Sequence record: MZ475893.1
Length of the DNA: 64,000 nucleotides
Strand: one strand, 5' to 3'
The notes under the pieces are model-generated. The model did not search any database, was not told where the DNA came from, and saw only the letters and a list, made by a program, of their open reading frames with translations. Within the stretch, counting starts at the first letter, position 1. Each line of letters opens with the position of its first letter. Of this stretch, positions 45,793 to 55,822 are shown one piece after another. Both the position numbers and the translations under genes were made by a program.

Positions 45793-46337
45793 TGGAATTT
45801 CAAATTAAGCCAGACTTGCAGACCTACCCAAATTTCATTCTGCCTAAGCGTGGCTCTGCTCAGGCGGCGGGCCTCGATCTGTTCGCGCAGGAAGATATGA
45901 TCTTCACTGAAACTACTGAGCTGTTTAATCTTGGCTTCCGCGCTGCTGTACCTGAAGGCTACGTTGCCTTAATCGTACCGCGCTCTGGCTTGGGTGCTAA
46001 GTTCAACATGCAACTGTCAAACACGATGGGCGTTATTGATAGTGACTATCGTGGTGATTGGATGGCAGCGTTCCATCTGGGCGGTAAAGGCACGCAAGCT
46101 GATACACTGCCGCCATATGGTCAGTATCAGAAAGAGTTCTATCATCACGGCAGTGAGCTGTGGGAAAAAGCGAATCAAAACGAAGCGCCTATGCTCCTAG
46201 TTCCTAAAGGTGATGCGTTTGCGCAGGTGCTGTTCTTTGAAGTACCGTTGATGCAAGTGACTCTGGTCGACGAGCTGCCTGAAACAGAGCGTGGTGAAGG
46301 TGGCTTCGGTTCTACCACGAAGTCGCAAAGTGCCTGA
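45792..46337 (+). CDS. dut: trimeric dUTPase with extra insertion
   Basis: AGLDL, PRSG, GVIDSDYRG, AQ.L and RGEGGFGST motifs I-V. Confidence 0.95.
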   Translation: MEFQIKPDLQTYPNFILPKRGSAQAAGLDLFAQEDMIFTETTELFNLGFRAAVPEGYVALIVPRSGLGAKFNMQLSNTMGVIDSDYRGDWMAAFHLGGKGTQADTLPPYGQYQKEFYHHGSELWEKANQNEAPMLLVPKGDAFAQVLFFEVPLMQVTLVDELPETERGEGGFGSTTKSQSA

Positions 46338-46545
46338 TTACCTTATCTTCATCTTGATCGCCTACTACATTGTAGGCTTCATGCAGTTTATGCGTGAAGT
46401 GTTCAGTTCTAAACTGAGTGAGAGCGAACGCTTGGCTGTCATTAAAGAAGATGAGGACACTCCAACGTCCGTAGTTTGGGCGCAGGCATTTAAGCTGATG
46501 TTATACGTTCTGTTCATTCACATACCGATGTGGATATTCAGATAA
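46330..46545 (+). CDS. small membrane protein
   Basis: GTG start, two hydrophobic segments. Confidence 0.65.
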   Translation: MPDYLIFILIAYYIVGFMQFMREVFSSKLSESERLAVIKEDEDTPTSVVWAQAFKLMLYVLFIHIPMWIFR

Positions 46546-46596
46546 CGTCAATCGTTAGGTCCTTGCGGGGACCTATTTTATCGTAATATAAACACT

Positions 46597-46917
46597 ATGA
46601 GCAAAAAGAAACCGCAGTACATTCTGCCTCGTGAGCGTCCTACGCGCTTGCCAAATCTGCGTGCTTATCTGATGCATCTGGCACGCAACCCAAACAAACA
46701 TCGTGCCGTCCTTGAGATGCATTGCAATGCAGCGCTGGCCCAGCTGCGTAAAGATCGTTTATTTCTTGGCAGACTGTTTGCTCATAAGGTGTATACGAAG
46801 TCGAGCAAGGTCGCATACACAATAGTATGGATTGACCCGTACAACTACGATTGCCTTGTTCTAAATCATATAAAAAGGAGAGTAGAGTTTAAAAACCTTT
46901 ACGGCCTGATTCTTTGA
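46597..46917 (+). CDS. basic hypothetical protein
   Basis: 106 aa after a hairpin at 46557-46574. Confidence 0.7.
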   Translation: MSKKKPQYILPRERPTRLPNLRAYLMHLARNPNKHRAVLEMHCNAALAQLRKDRLFLGRLFAHKVYTKSSKVAYTIVWIDPYNYDCLVLNHIKRRVEFKNLYGLIL

Positions 46918-46950
46918 TTAGGTCCTAGCGCCTTCACACTAGGAGACAGA

Positions 46951-47631
46951 ATGACTATTCTTATTTCTAACCGCACCGACGAGGTGATTCGCCAACTCAA
47001 CGTAGCTATCTGGTCAAGCGTTCTATTCGGACTCATTGTACTTGCATCAATTCTGGTGCAGCCGAATGCAACAGCCAGCGTCTCTACGGGCCCTGATAAC
47101 GTTATCGATATGTCTTCAACAACTTCACTCGATCCCTCCAATCGTGTGGCAAGAGAATACAAGGAGATTGCAAAGACGCTAGTTGTGCAAGACGAGCGAA
47201 GGCCCTCGCGTTCTGTTACGAGAGAGCGCCTCCGACAATTGTACTCGCATCTACCGCACCCCAATGATTTAGGCAGGCAGATTGATTTGGCCGCTGCAAA
47301 GTATGCAGTGGACGCAAAGCTGATTCTTTCCATTTGCGTTTCCGAGTCGCATCTTCGTGCTAAAGTCAGAAACAAGTCTGGTGCGACAGGCATCTGCCAA
47401 GTAATGGCTAAGATGCATGGGCATTCAGCAAAAGACCTCCTCGATTATCGTATCAACATTGATGCGGCAACGAAGATAATTGCAGATCTTAATAAACAGT
47501 GTCGTGGTCGTACTGCTTGTGTTATTCAAGCGTACAACACAGGCTGGGGAGCATATTCGAAGGGTGCCCGTGCACCGCAATACTTGGCTAAAGTTAGATC
47601 AGAGATGCGCAAGCACCCATCATCATCCTAA
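46951..47631 (+). CDS. membrane-anchored lytic transglycosylase (SLT family)
   Basis: AA.KY.VD..LI.SI..SES, SGATG.CQVM, NI.A....L, AYN.G; N-terminal TM segment. Confidence 0.9.
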   Translation: MTILISNRTDEVIRQLNVAIWSSVLFGLIVLASILVQPNATASVSTGPDNVIDMSSTTSLDPSNRVAREYKEIAKTLVVQDERRPSRSVTRERLRQLYSHLPHPNDLGRQIDLAAAKYAVDAKLILSICVSESHLRAKVRNKSGATGICQVMAKMHGHSAKDLLDYRINIDAATKIIADLNKQCRGRTACVIQAYNTGWGAYSKGARAPQYLAKVRSEMRKHPSSS

Positions 47632-47644
47632 AGAGGACATAATA

Positions 47645-48298
47645 ATGAGCACCGCCAACATCGCAGACTTGTACAAAATGCAGTTCCAGATTCTCAAACC
47701 ACTTTCGCCACGCCAAGAGTACGCACTGATTGTGCTACATGCTTCCGCGACCGAAGATGACGTTCGTGGTCTGGCCGAAGTTGTTGTTCGTGATTACCCG
47801 CACGTTGCGCGTCTGTATGATGCGTTTGCTGCTGCGACTGAGTACGGTGATAACTCTGTACCGTTCATCATTCCAGTATCAAATAGTGAGCACGTCACCG
47901 AAGAGATTTACGCTATCGTTGATCACTCACTCGTCGTTGCGCCAAGTCTGCGCCAACTTTTGGAGCAAGCCCTTGAGCGTGTTCAATACATGCCAGAGAC
48001 TGCTGACGAAAGACGTTTCGTAATTGAACGCGAACCCCTGACTATGGGCTGGTTCATTGATTGTGTCCTTGACGCGTACAACTGTGGTCAACTGCCTATG
48101 GCTGTTCGTCCATCGAAAGCGCAACAACAAATGCGTAACGAAAACCTGCTGTCGTTCAATCAGCTCCGTGATGCTGATATGTTCAGCGGCGAGATCGACT
48201 ACACGCAAGCCTTACAGCCAAGTATGCAAGCGCGTCACATTGCAGCTAAGCTGATCGCACGTCTGCAAAACAGCAAGCGTGCTGTAACTGTTAACTAA
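47645..48298 (+). CDS. hypothetical protein
   Basis: GAGGA RBS before ATG 47645. Confidence 0.8.
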   Translation: MSTANIADLYKMQFQILKPLSPRQEYALIVLHASATEDDVRGLAEVVVRDYPHVARLYDAFAAATEYGDNSVPFIIPVSNSEHVTEEIYAIVDHSLVVAPSLRQLLEQALERVQYMPETADERRFVIEREPLTMGWFIDCVLDAYNCGQLPMAVRPSKAQQQMRNENLLSFNQLRDADMFSGEIDYTQALQPSMQARHIAAKLIARLQNSKRAVTVN

Positions 48299-48303
48299 CA
48301 ACT

Positions 48304-48331
48304 CGGGAGACCTTAACTGGTTTCCCGTTTT
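48304..48331 (+). terminator. intrinsic terminator
   Basis: cgggagacc-ttaact-ggtttcccg-tttt. Confidence 0.7.
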
Positions 48332-48362
48332 ACTTTCTCGCTGAATTTTTAAGGAAATTCCA

Positions 48363-49508
48363 ATGACTAATTCATCTCTGCCTTTCGTTTCTTGGTTCGA
48401 ACGTGACAACTACTTTGATGACATGCTTGAGCGCCTCGATCTCAAACGTCTCTGGGGCTATGTTGAAAAGAACAACGTGGTCAACAAGACTAAATACAAT
48501 CTGCCTAACCTCACTGCTTACCACACTACCGAGCACATGAAAGAAGTTGCGTGCATCGCGTCCTCTCTACTGCACCGCGAGTCGAACCACGACTGGCAGA
48601 TTCGTCTGATGGAATATCCGTTAGTCGTCGCGTGCCTTTTCCACGATATGAATCACAGTCTGGGTAAATATACTGATGACGTGAACATCAACCATGCGCT
48701 CGTTGCGTTTAATGACTATCTTAATAGCAAAGATGAGAATCAGGGTAACGACAAGCTGCTGTTTGAATATCGCGATCAGATCTGTGCGCTGATTCGTTGC
48801 ACCCAATTCCCGTTCCATGACTCACGCAAGCCAACTAACCTGATGGAGCGCTGCATTCGTGATGCGGATATTCTATACGGCCTGCAGGATGACGCAATGC
48901 CTGCTGTTGTGATTGGTCTACTGGATGAAGTGAACGTTCGTTTGGCTCCAGAAAGCAAATACTCCACAGATCAGTGGGTGGCAGGTCGCATTGAGTTCCT
49001 GTTGTCGTGTGAGATGTTCACCGAAACTGCTAACAAAATCTTCTGCGATGCTCTCAGCACCAACAGTCCAAACTATCACGGAAATGTGCTGCAATCTTTC
49101 CTTGAGATGAAAGTGCGGCTGATCGATGTTCGTGCAGGTAAGCTACGTGGTGGTGATGTTATCTGGACAGACACAGAGAACGACTCAACCTATCGTCCAC
49201 GCCAGATCAGAAACATCGGCAACGAAGCGCTGCCAGACGTTAACGTGTATTTCACTGACGGTCAGGCTTGTGGTTATCGTAGCGGTGAGACCGTTCAGTT
49301 GCTGCCTAATACAGAGATGGTGAAGCTCGAAGACATTGTAGTAGGCGACATTATTCTTGAGCCTGCACAGGGTGAAGTGAAGCGCGATCTGCATCGCATC
49401 GTAAACATTGCTAAAGGTGGCCTGCACGAAAGCGTGCTCTATCTTGAAAATGGCGGTGTGTTTACGTCAGCGCCCAAAGGCCGTGTCTGTCGCGTAGTCA
49501 GCAAATAA
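48363..49508 (+). CDS. HD-domain phosphohydrolase with C-terminal tandem SH3/KOW-like repeats
   Basis: YHTTEH...FHDMNHS.G...IRDAD; two (V/L).(L/I)..GD.I repeats at the C-terminus. Confidence 0.8.
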   Translation: MTNSSLPFVSWFERDNYFDDMLERLDLKRLWGYVEKNNVVNKTKYNLPNLTAYHTTEHMKEVACIASSLLHRESNHDWQIRLMEYPLVVACLFHDMNHSLGKYTDDVNINHALVAFNDYLNSKDENQGNDKLLFEYRDQICALIRCTQFPFHDSRKPTNLMERCIRDADILYGLQDDAMPAVVIGLLDEVNVRLAPESKYSTDQWVAGRIEFLLSCEMFTETANKIFCDALSTNSPNYHGNVLQSFLEMKVRLIDVRAGKLRGGDVIWTDTENDSTYRPRQIRNIGNEALPDVNVYFTDGQACGYRSGETVQLLPNTEMVKLEDIVVGDIILEPAQGEVKRDLHRIVNIAKGGLHESVLYLENGGVFTSAPKGRVCRVVSK

Positions 49509-49553
49509 CTGGACGAAATAAGGCTACTCTGCTTAGGCTGCTTATGCTATAAT
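49501..49553 (+). promoter_or_regulatory. early promoter (19-bp box + TGn-TATAAT)
   Basis: GCAAATAACTGGACGAAAT-N28-TATAAT. Confidence 0.75.
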
Positions 49554-49595
49554 ATGCGTGAGCAGTCTTTTAACTTATTCTCAAGGGAGAAACGT

Positions 49596-50270
49596 ATGTT
49601 TAGAACATTCAATCCAGATATGACAGGCAAGTTTTTCGTAATCGAACACAGCTTTAAAATTCAAAACATCTTTTGGATGGGCTTCAAAACGATTGATGGC
49701 AGAGAAATCATTTTGCCTATTCCTGCACGTGACGCACAGAGTGGTTATCGTGTTGGCCGAGAAGCGGCCTTCCCTGTAATTCGCTCCAACATTAATACGA
49801 ACGCTGACCCAGATTCAGACGTCTTGTTCGAACATACGGTAGGCATCTTGCATATGCGAGCACGCCGTTTCGAAACTCAGATCATGACGCGCACTGCCGT
49901 CTCTTATACTGGCTTGCTGCCTGACGTCCGTATGGCAAAAGAGGGCGAGCGCTATGTTACGCCTCTTAATTCGTTTGAAGGTCCTCTTATTCCTGCACTG
50001 AGTCGTCGTCTTACTCATTTCTGCGAAGAAACGCCGATGCTGCACAGTTCTTTCCTTGAGACGTTCTCTGACGAAGAGTGGTCGAAACTGAAAGCCGCAC
50101 CTGTATCAATCAATGATTGGCATAGTGTTTCTAACTCTATTCGTGAGGGTAAGCTAAAGCCTACAGTTAATATCCCAGACTTCTATCTGTCTACCCGTAA
50201 AGAAGATACGACAGTACCGTCAGACGTTATCGAATATTACGCCGAAGCTAACGCACGAGGTGATAGTTAA
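49596..50270 (+). CDS. hypothetical protein
   Basis: GGGAG RBS before ATG 49596. Confidence 0.8.
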   Translation: MFRTFNPDMTGKFFVIEHSFKIQNIFWMGFKTIDGREIILPIPARDAQSGYRVGREAAFPVIRSNINTNADPDSDVLFEHTVGILHMRARRFETQIMTRTAVSYTGLLPDVRMAKEGERYVTPLNSFEGPLIPALSRRLTHFCEETPMLHSSFLETFSDEEWSKLKAAPVSINDWHSVSNSIREGKLKPTVNIPDFYLSTRKEDTTVPSDVIEYYAEANARGDS

Positions 50271-50503
50271 TGAGCAACCCTCTGCATCAAACGTCTGAGA
50301 CGATCTTTTATATTCTCGGTGCTGTAACCCTTCTGGCTCACCTTGTGGGCTTCGTTAAGAACTGGCTCAAGATTCATGAGATGCGCCAGAAGCGCCGCGA
50401 CAAACTCGCAAAAGCTAAAACTCCGCACGAAAAGATGCAACGCCGTCTGGGTAAAGCTCGGCGCGATGCTCTGCTTTATAAACCTCGCAAAGTAAGGAAT
50501 TGA
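50270..50503 (+). CDS. small membrane-anchored basic protein
   Basis: One TM segment then a K/R-rich tail. Confidence 0.7.
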   Translation: MSNPLHQTSETIFYILGAVTLLAHLVGFVKNWLKIHEMRQKRRDKLAKAKTPHEKMQRRLGKARRDALLYKPRKVRN

Positions 50504-50505
50504 TT

Positions 50506-50808
50506 ATGTCTTCTGATTTACGCCGCAAGCTCATGGCTGTGCTCGACAAGATGTTTGAGCACAAGTCTGAAAACAATCTCGCAGACGACACGGCCTACTC
50601 CGTACCTCGTTCTGAGTTCTCTATGATTGCACCTGAGAGTGCTGCTGAGAAATGCGCGGCCATTACCGAGATTCTGCGTGACGGCCACATCATCAATCTG
50701 TACGGTCCGTATGCCGTTACTGTCAGTCGTGACAGTGAAGGCCAACAGGTGTTTGTGTTCGTTCGCGTTCCAGACTATCAAGACATTGTTGCTGTGGAGA
50801 AACTGTGA
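50506..50808 (+). CDS. hypothetical protein
   Basis: AAGGA RBS, 100 aa. Confidence 0.75.
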   Translation: MSSDLRRKLMAVLDKMFEHKSENNLADDTAYSVPRSEFSMIAPESAAEKCAAITEILRDGHIINLYGPYAVTVSRDSEGQQVFVFVRVPDYQDIVAVEKL

Positions 50809-51356
50809 TGGAACAGATCGACATGTTCTACCAAGATCAGCCTCAGCAAACAACAACGCGTGCTGAATACTACAACCCGCACATCTCCGAAGAAGATCGT
50901 CTTCGTCAGTGGCGTTATGTGCAAGCTGCATTCGGTGGTGGTCCTGCTGGTAGTCCTATTCGTGTTGAGAAGATGCCGAAAGACATTACCAACATTCATG
51001 AGTTCATCATTGTGCCTAACGAGAAACAGCGTAAGGAAATGAATGAACTCATGGGCGATCCCGAAGACCCGTCCGACCAGAAGTATCTGACGATGCTGTA
51101 CACGTACACGACAAAAGTCGGTATGATGGTACGCTCGTTCCAAGAGCTGGCTGAACGTGGTGGCCCTATGGGTTGTCTCAACGTGTTCACTACAACGAAC
51201 ATCTATGAGTCTCGTCTGCTTGTGTTCTGGAATAAGAACCCTCTCGAAGATCAAGAGGAGTACACACAGTGGCTTGACCACATTCGCGGTAACTTCAACA
51301 AGAAGTCCCGACGCTTCTATGAGATTTCATCAGAGCGTGAACTTTACTCAGCATAA
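50808..51356 (+). CDS. hypothetical protein
   Basis: GGAG RBS, 182 aa. Confidence 0.8.
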   Translation: MEQIDMFYQDQPQQTTTRAEYYNPHISEEDRLRQWRYVQAAFGGGPAGSPIRVEKMPKDITNIHEFIIVPNEKQRKEMNELMGDPEDPSDQKYLTMLYTYTTKVGMMVRSFQELAERGGPMGCLNVFTTTNIYESRLLVFWNKNPLEDQEEYTQWLDHIRGNFNKKSRRFYEISSERELYSA

Positions 51357-51393
51357 TTCATTTTGGCCTTGCGGGGCCAATTAGGAGAACATC

Positions 51394-52782
51394 ATGATTT
51401 TCGATCTGCGCAAAAGTTTGGCCATGGTTCGTACCGTAATCGATGACCAAGTAATCTATAACTTCTACAACATGATTGGCCGCGATATGCAACTGCCCGG
51501 TACTACTCTCAAAGAGATTATCGACGTGCAGCGTAAGGGCGAACTGTGCACCAACATCATGTGGGGTACTCAGAAGATGGAGTATCGTACACTCAGATTC
51601 GATGAGCGTGGTGATCTTCTCTTAGACGTGACCGTTGGTCCGCATTGCTACGCACGGCTCTCTTACGATCAGATTGAACACTATGGGCGCAAAGAGTTTA
51701 AGGCTATTAACTGCATCGAGATCGATAGCTACCTCGCCCGTGACATTAGAGCGCATCTTCGCGCAGTGGGCCAAACTGAGCCTAAGCTCGAATGGTATGA
51801 CAACGTGTCGGATGATGAACTGAAGGACGCTCTACTTTCAGTTGGTCACATGGGACCTCTGGCTTATGAAGGTAAATCTCGTAACCAGTTAGAGGACATG
51901 TTTGAGAAATTCCAGCGTAAGCACGATGCAGAATACAAGTACACGCACGCGTATATTGGCCTAGACCCAGACGAAAAGCTGCCTGCTGATTTGTATGAAG
52001 ATGAGGCACGCTCAATCACTCGTCGTTCTTTTGCTCCTCAGAAGACTGTCGATATGATGATCACTGAGATCTCAAACGTGATGCGCATGTTCGATATCTG
52101 GGACTCAGCGCCAACCTCTGAGACGCATGAGTGGTCAATGCAGGAAGCATACATGGCCTTCTATAACAGCTTAGTGATTGATAGCGATGGCAGCCGTCTG
52201 CGTGAACTGAAAGATAATCCACAGTTCGCTATCAACTTCATCTACGGCATGGCGGCTGACCTGAACTGGATTCACATCAACGAAATGACCGAAGACTATC
52301 GTGGCTCGGTTGTGAATCGCATCCTGCAGGAGATTGCTGTTGAGATCAGCACCTCTGATGATTACTGCACGACGGAGCACGGCATCGCTCTTATTAAGAA
52401 AGAAGAAGAGACAGAAGAAGAGGAGGATGCTTCTGAGCCAGTCTCCATCGAAAAGAAAAAGAAGAAAGGCTTCCCGGATATTCGTTCAGTAGAAGAGGTG
52501 AACTATGACGCACTGCATATCATCGAGATTACATACAAACTGCCCAAGCAGCCTAAGCTGCGCACTAAGCTAGACGTACTGCAATCTCGTGAGTGCTATC
52601 TTGAGCACTTCTTCGGTTGTTTGAAAGAAAATGATTGGCATAGATTAGGCAATATCACTAATCTTGATCTGCGCCGTATTGTTGGTGCTGTTACTAAATC
52701 TAATGGTGGTAGATTCAGCCACAACGCCCTGTTAAACATAATTAAACGTGCAGCTAAGAAACTGGCTGCCACTGAGTTCTAA
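51394..52782 (+). CDS. hypothetical protein with internal HeH-like motif
   Basis: 462 aa, AGGAG RBS; YDNVSDDELKDAL...KSRNQLEDMF. Confidence 0.85.
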   Translation: MIFDLRKSLAMVRTVIDDQVIYNFYNMIGRDMQLPGTTLKEIIDVQRKGELCTNIMWGTQKMEYRTLRFDERGDLLLDVTVGPHCYARLSYDQIEHYGRKEFKAINCIEIDSYLARDIRAHLRAVGQTEPKLEWYDNVSDDELKDALLSVGHMGPLAYEGKSRNQLEDMFEKFQRKHDAEYKYTHAYIGLDPDEKLPADLYEDEARSITRRSFAPQKTVDMMITEISNVMRMFDIWDSAPTSETHEWSMQEAYMAFYNSLVIDSDGSRLRELKDNPQFAINFIYGMAADLNWIHINEMTEDYRGSVVNRILQEIAVEISTSDDYCTTEHGIALIKKEEETEEEEDASEPVSIEKKKKKGFPDIRSVEEVNYDALHIIEITYKLPKQPKLRTKLDVLQSRECYLEHFFGCLKENDWHRLGNITNLDLRRIVGAVTKSNGGRFSHNALLNIIKRAAKKLAATEF

Positions 52783-52815
52783 CCGCTATTATACCTAACA
52801 TTGTAGGGAACCAAA

Positions 52816-53238
52816 ATGAATTTCAATCCAAACATCATTGTTGTTGATCGTGTTGTCGTCATTGCCACAAAAGAGACCACAGACAAGTGGGCTGTTGCTG
52901 CAAAGCAAGATCGTGACAACGCACAGTTCGGTATGGCTTTATTGCACGCGGAGCTTCAACGTAAAATCAGTAGCACGCTGCGCAACGCCAACCCTGAATC
53001 GATGTTCCGTCCTGAGATATTCTGGGCAGACTACGGCCCGCTCACCGTTAGCGGCTTCATGTATATTGAGAGCAGCGCGGACGAAGAAGTTTTGAATCAG
53101 GCAGATGACCGTGATTACCTGTGTCATCTCGAAGCGATCAAAAACATCGCCGCATCTATGGGGCACACTGTTGTTATCCAGCGTGTGAAAGCCCAGTTCC
53201 CTATTGTTGATACTCGCGTACCTGTTGCTTATGCCTAA
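52816..53238 (+). CDS. hypothetical protein
   Basis: 140 aa. Confidence 0.8.
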   Translation: MNFNPNIIVVDRVVVIATKETTDKWAVAAKQDRDNAQFGMALLHAELQRKISSTLRNANPESMFRPEIFWADYGPLTVSGFMYIESSADEEVLNQADDRDYLCHLEAIKNIAASMGHTVVIQRVKAQFPIVDTRVPVAYA

Positions 53239-53248
53239 GAGGTGACCT

Positions 53249-53545
53249 ATGTCTGAACAAACTCAATTGCCTGGCCAAGTCGTTATCGTTTGTGTTATGC
53301 AGGAATCTGATTCTTTCATGGGCCAAAAGTTTGATGGCTATGTGTACTTGCTCAATCCAGAACACAAAGAGATGTTTGAGCGTCACCTGCAGGCGCACAA
53401 AAGCCGTGAGAACTACTCACGCATTATCAGCCACGCTAATCACTATATAACTAGCACGGGCTTCGATGCGCTTCATGCTGCTATACGCAAAGACGCAAAC
53501 AGACCCTGGCTGTGGTCAGATACTGATTACACGATAACTGCATAA
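53249..53545 (+). CDS. hypothetical protein
   Basis: 98 aa, GAGG RBS. Confidence 0.8.
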   Translation: MSEQTQLPGQVVIVCVMQESDSFMGQKFDGYVYLLNPEHKEMFERHLQAHKSRENYSRIISHANHYITSTGFDALHAAIRKDANRPWLWSDTDYTITA

Positions 53546-53592
53546 ATCTGGACAAAATAGAGGTAGCTAGAAAAAGCTGCCCCTGATATACT
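53540..53592 (+). promoter_or_regulatory. early promoter (19-bp box + TGn-TATACT)
   Basis: GCATAAATCTGGACAAAAT-N28-TATACT. Confidence 0.8.
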
Positions 53593-53596
53593 AAAA

Positions 53597-53620
53597 GCGT
53601 AGCTTGTGCTGCGCTTTTTT
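53597..53620 (+). terminator. terminator overlapping the predicted transcription start
   Basis: gcgtagc-ttgt-gctgcgc-tttttt. Confidence 0.6.
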
Positions 53621-53645
53621 ACTTTCTGTCTGAGGAGACAACTAA

Positions 53646-54101
53646 ATGAAACCAATCAAAGCAACTGAGGCTGATAAAGCGCTTCAAAACGAATGTATGG
53701 ACGCTGTTGCTCAGTGTATCATCCTGAACACACCCGACTGGCGAGATGTAGCGATTGCAGGTTTGCGCCTGTATCTGGTTGCATCTAGTATGAGCGGCGC
53801 GGAACTTCCGTGTATGCAATTCGAACATAACGGCAAGCCGTGCCGTTTATCGTTTAAGATGAACCTTGTTGATGAAGGCGAAGAGTTCACTCCGAATGAA
53901 GTGAACCAAGCTCACCAACAAGAAATGGTCGAATGCATTCTTGCTAAGACCGAAGCGCTTGGTGGTTACAGTTACTTTGATTTGTTCGTTTGCTCAGGCC
54001 GCCTGTTTATGATTGGCTTCGACGGTATGGCCGACACCGTTCCTGCTCTGATGTTCCGCTCAGACAAAAAGAACTACCGTGTTAACTTGATCAACGGATA
54101 A
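53646..54101 (+). CDS. hypothetical protein
   Basis: 151 aa, GAGGAG RBS. Confidence 0.8.
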   Translation: MKPIKATEADKALQNECMDAVAQCIILNTPDWRDVAIAGLRLYLVASSMSGAELPCMQFEHNGKPCRLSFKMNLVDEGEEFTPNEVNQAHQQEMVECILAKTEALGGYSYFDLFVCSGRLFMIGFDGMADTVPALMFRSDKKNYRVNLING

Positions 54102-54104
54102 GCT

Positions 54105-54287
54105 GTGAAGACCACCAACGACCTGATTAAAGAATTAAAGCAACATCGTGTTATCATCATTGAAGAACACGACAAGCATATTCTGCCTGACCTGACATTC
54201 GCCCTGAGTTGCTTGTGCATCGATCATACTAAACGTGTGGTCGAAACAAAGCGTAGTGCTCAGGCAACCAAAATCAAACTCGCATGA
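54105..54287 (+). CDS. hypothetical protein
   Basis: 60 aa, GTG start. Confidence 0.55.
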   Translation: MKTTNDLIKELKQHRVIIIEEHDKHILPDLTFALSCLCIDHTKRVVETKRSAQATKIKLA

Positions 54288-54297
54288 GGAAATGATT

Positions 54298-54744
54298 ATG
54301 ACCTTCAATGAAGTCCCAACGAAAGCTCAACTCAGTCTTCTGGCTATGGCTGTTATGGCGTGCGCCGAGATTATGTGTCGCGGCCAAGAGACTGCCGCAC
54401 AAAAACAAGCTGTCGACCTGCTGTGTGCTCGATTCGGTTTGACTCTGGAAGATCTCACCCAGTTGACTAAGCTGCCTCCTGAAATCGATCAGTATGTGCA
54501 GAAAGTTATGGACGAAGGCGCTAAGCGACCTATATCTGACTTTGAGGCCAAAGCAGAGCCTGCGCCTGAATATAGTCAAGACGACCTCGATTTGATTCGC
54601 GTAGAATATGAGCCAATCGATACGTCTGTCCTGCGTCAAGGGGCTGTGAATGATGGTGTTATCACAGTGCAGCAAGCAGCCACTTTCGAGCGTGATCAGA
54701 TACTGACTGCTATTCTTGAGTACCGTCTGCGCTCAGAAGCATAA
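54298..54744 (+). CDS. hypothetical protein
   Basis: GAGGA RBS before ATG 54298. Confidence 0.8.
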   Translation: MTFNEVPTKAQLSLLAMAVMACAEIMCRGQETAAQKQAVDLLCARFGLTLEDLTQLTKLPPEIDQYVQKVMDEGAKRPISDFEAKAEPAPEYSQDDLDLIRVEYEPIDTSVLRQGAVNDGVITVQQAATFERDQILTAILEYRLRSEA

Positions 54745-54791
54745 ATCTGGACAAAATCGTGGTTGTAGCAAAAACCGTCCTATGTTATAAT
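54739..54791 (+). promoter_or_regulatory. early promoter (19-bp box, TTGTAG -35, TGn-TATAAT)
   Basis: GCATAAATCTGGACAAAAT-N28-TATAAT. Confidence 0.85.
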
Positions 54792-54797
54792 AGAGAT

Positions 54798-54930
54798 GTA
54801 GCGTAGACGTGAGGTATGCGCTATAAATTGAATGACGCGTTTTTGCTTGACTGTAAGGTAGCGGTATCTTACAGTCCTTTTTCAAGTGGCTTCGAAGTTT
54901 GAGGCTTCTTGCGAAAGGTCAAATGTACCT
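54798..54930 (+). ncRNA. putative structured small RNA or leader, copy A
   Basis: Promoter-proximal, no RBS-supported ORF; stem gactgtaag/cttacagtc followed by cttttt.aagtg; paralog at 55883. Confidence 0.5.
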
Positions 54931-55000
54931 TTGAGCGTTTTCGGATTTACGCGGTTTTCACCGACTGCGCTCTCACTTTAAACCGCAAAGGAAATACATC

Positions 55001-55822
55001 ATGCCAGAAGCACGCAAACCTCGCCCAGCTGATCGTTTCGCTAAAGCCCGTGCAGAGAAAAACTCACCGGAGCGTCAAGATGCGGCGGCCCAGCGCACGT
55101 ATAAAGACACTCCGCCTAAATCTGTTCAGGTGAAACTGGATGCTGTGGCAGCTTCTAAGAAGAAAGTTTCTCGCGGTCCCAAGGCATCTCGTCCGCGTCA
55201 GTCGCCTGCTGTTGACGCATCGCCAAAGCCTCGCATTCGTGATGAGGAACGTGTGTACAATCTCGTACACATGATTCTCTCTGCGTGGAAAGCCGATGCA
55301 GAAAACGCGGCAGCAAGTGTGGGAATCGTTAAAGTGTCTCGGCGTAAGATTGAGGGTGCGTTACGCGATCTCAAGAATACGCGCTTTACTAAAATCCCAG
55401 GCTTAATCAATGACGTGCTTGTCTACAATGAACTGGTAGCTGAGTTCGGGCAGTGGGTGTACGTCGAGCACGACAGTCCTGATTGGATTTTTGTGCGCCT
55501 GCCTGAAAACAGCACGCCTGTGATTCGCGCTGACATTAGCTATGCCAAGACGGGTGAAACTTCCACGTCTGTTTCGACTTCTAGTGAAGTTCTGCTGAAA
55601 GATCTTAGCGAAGACGAAGAAGATGAGATCCCCGAGAATGTCGAGTACGACGATGCGGACGAGACTGACGAAGACGAAGAGGAGCCGTATGACTACAGCG
55701 CTTGGTCTCTGCGTGACCTGCAGGATTATGCAAAGCGCTATGACTTCCTGCAGCCCGACACTGAGGGGTTCGATGATCGCGAGAAGTTGATAGCAGCCAT
55801 CGAGCTGGGGGAACAGCACTAA
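55001..55822 (+). CDS. basic-N/acidic-C protein with C-terminal HeH motif
   Basis: 273 aa, AAGGA RBS; ends YSAWSLRDLQDYAKRY...REKLIAAIE. Confidence 0.85.
   Translation: MPEARKPRPADRFAKARAEKNSPERQDAAAQRTYKDTPPKSVQVKLDAVAASKKKVSRGPKASRPRQSPAVDASPKPRIRDEERVYNLVHMILSAWKADAENAAASVGIVKVSRRKIEGALRDLKNTRFTKIPGLINDVLVYNELVAEFGQWVYVEHDSPDWIFVRLPENSTPVIRADISYAKTGETSTSVSTSSEVLLKDLSEDEEDEIPENVEYDDADETDEDEEEPYDYSAWSLRDLQDYAKRYDFLQPDTEGFDDREKLIAAIELGEQH

Noticed and set aside
54909-55133. 74-aa ORF across the leader region
   Set aside because: TTG start without an RBS, overlapping the 55001 gene out of frame.
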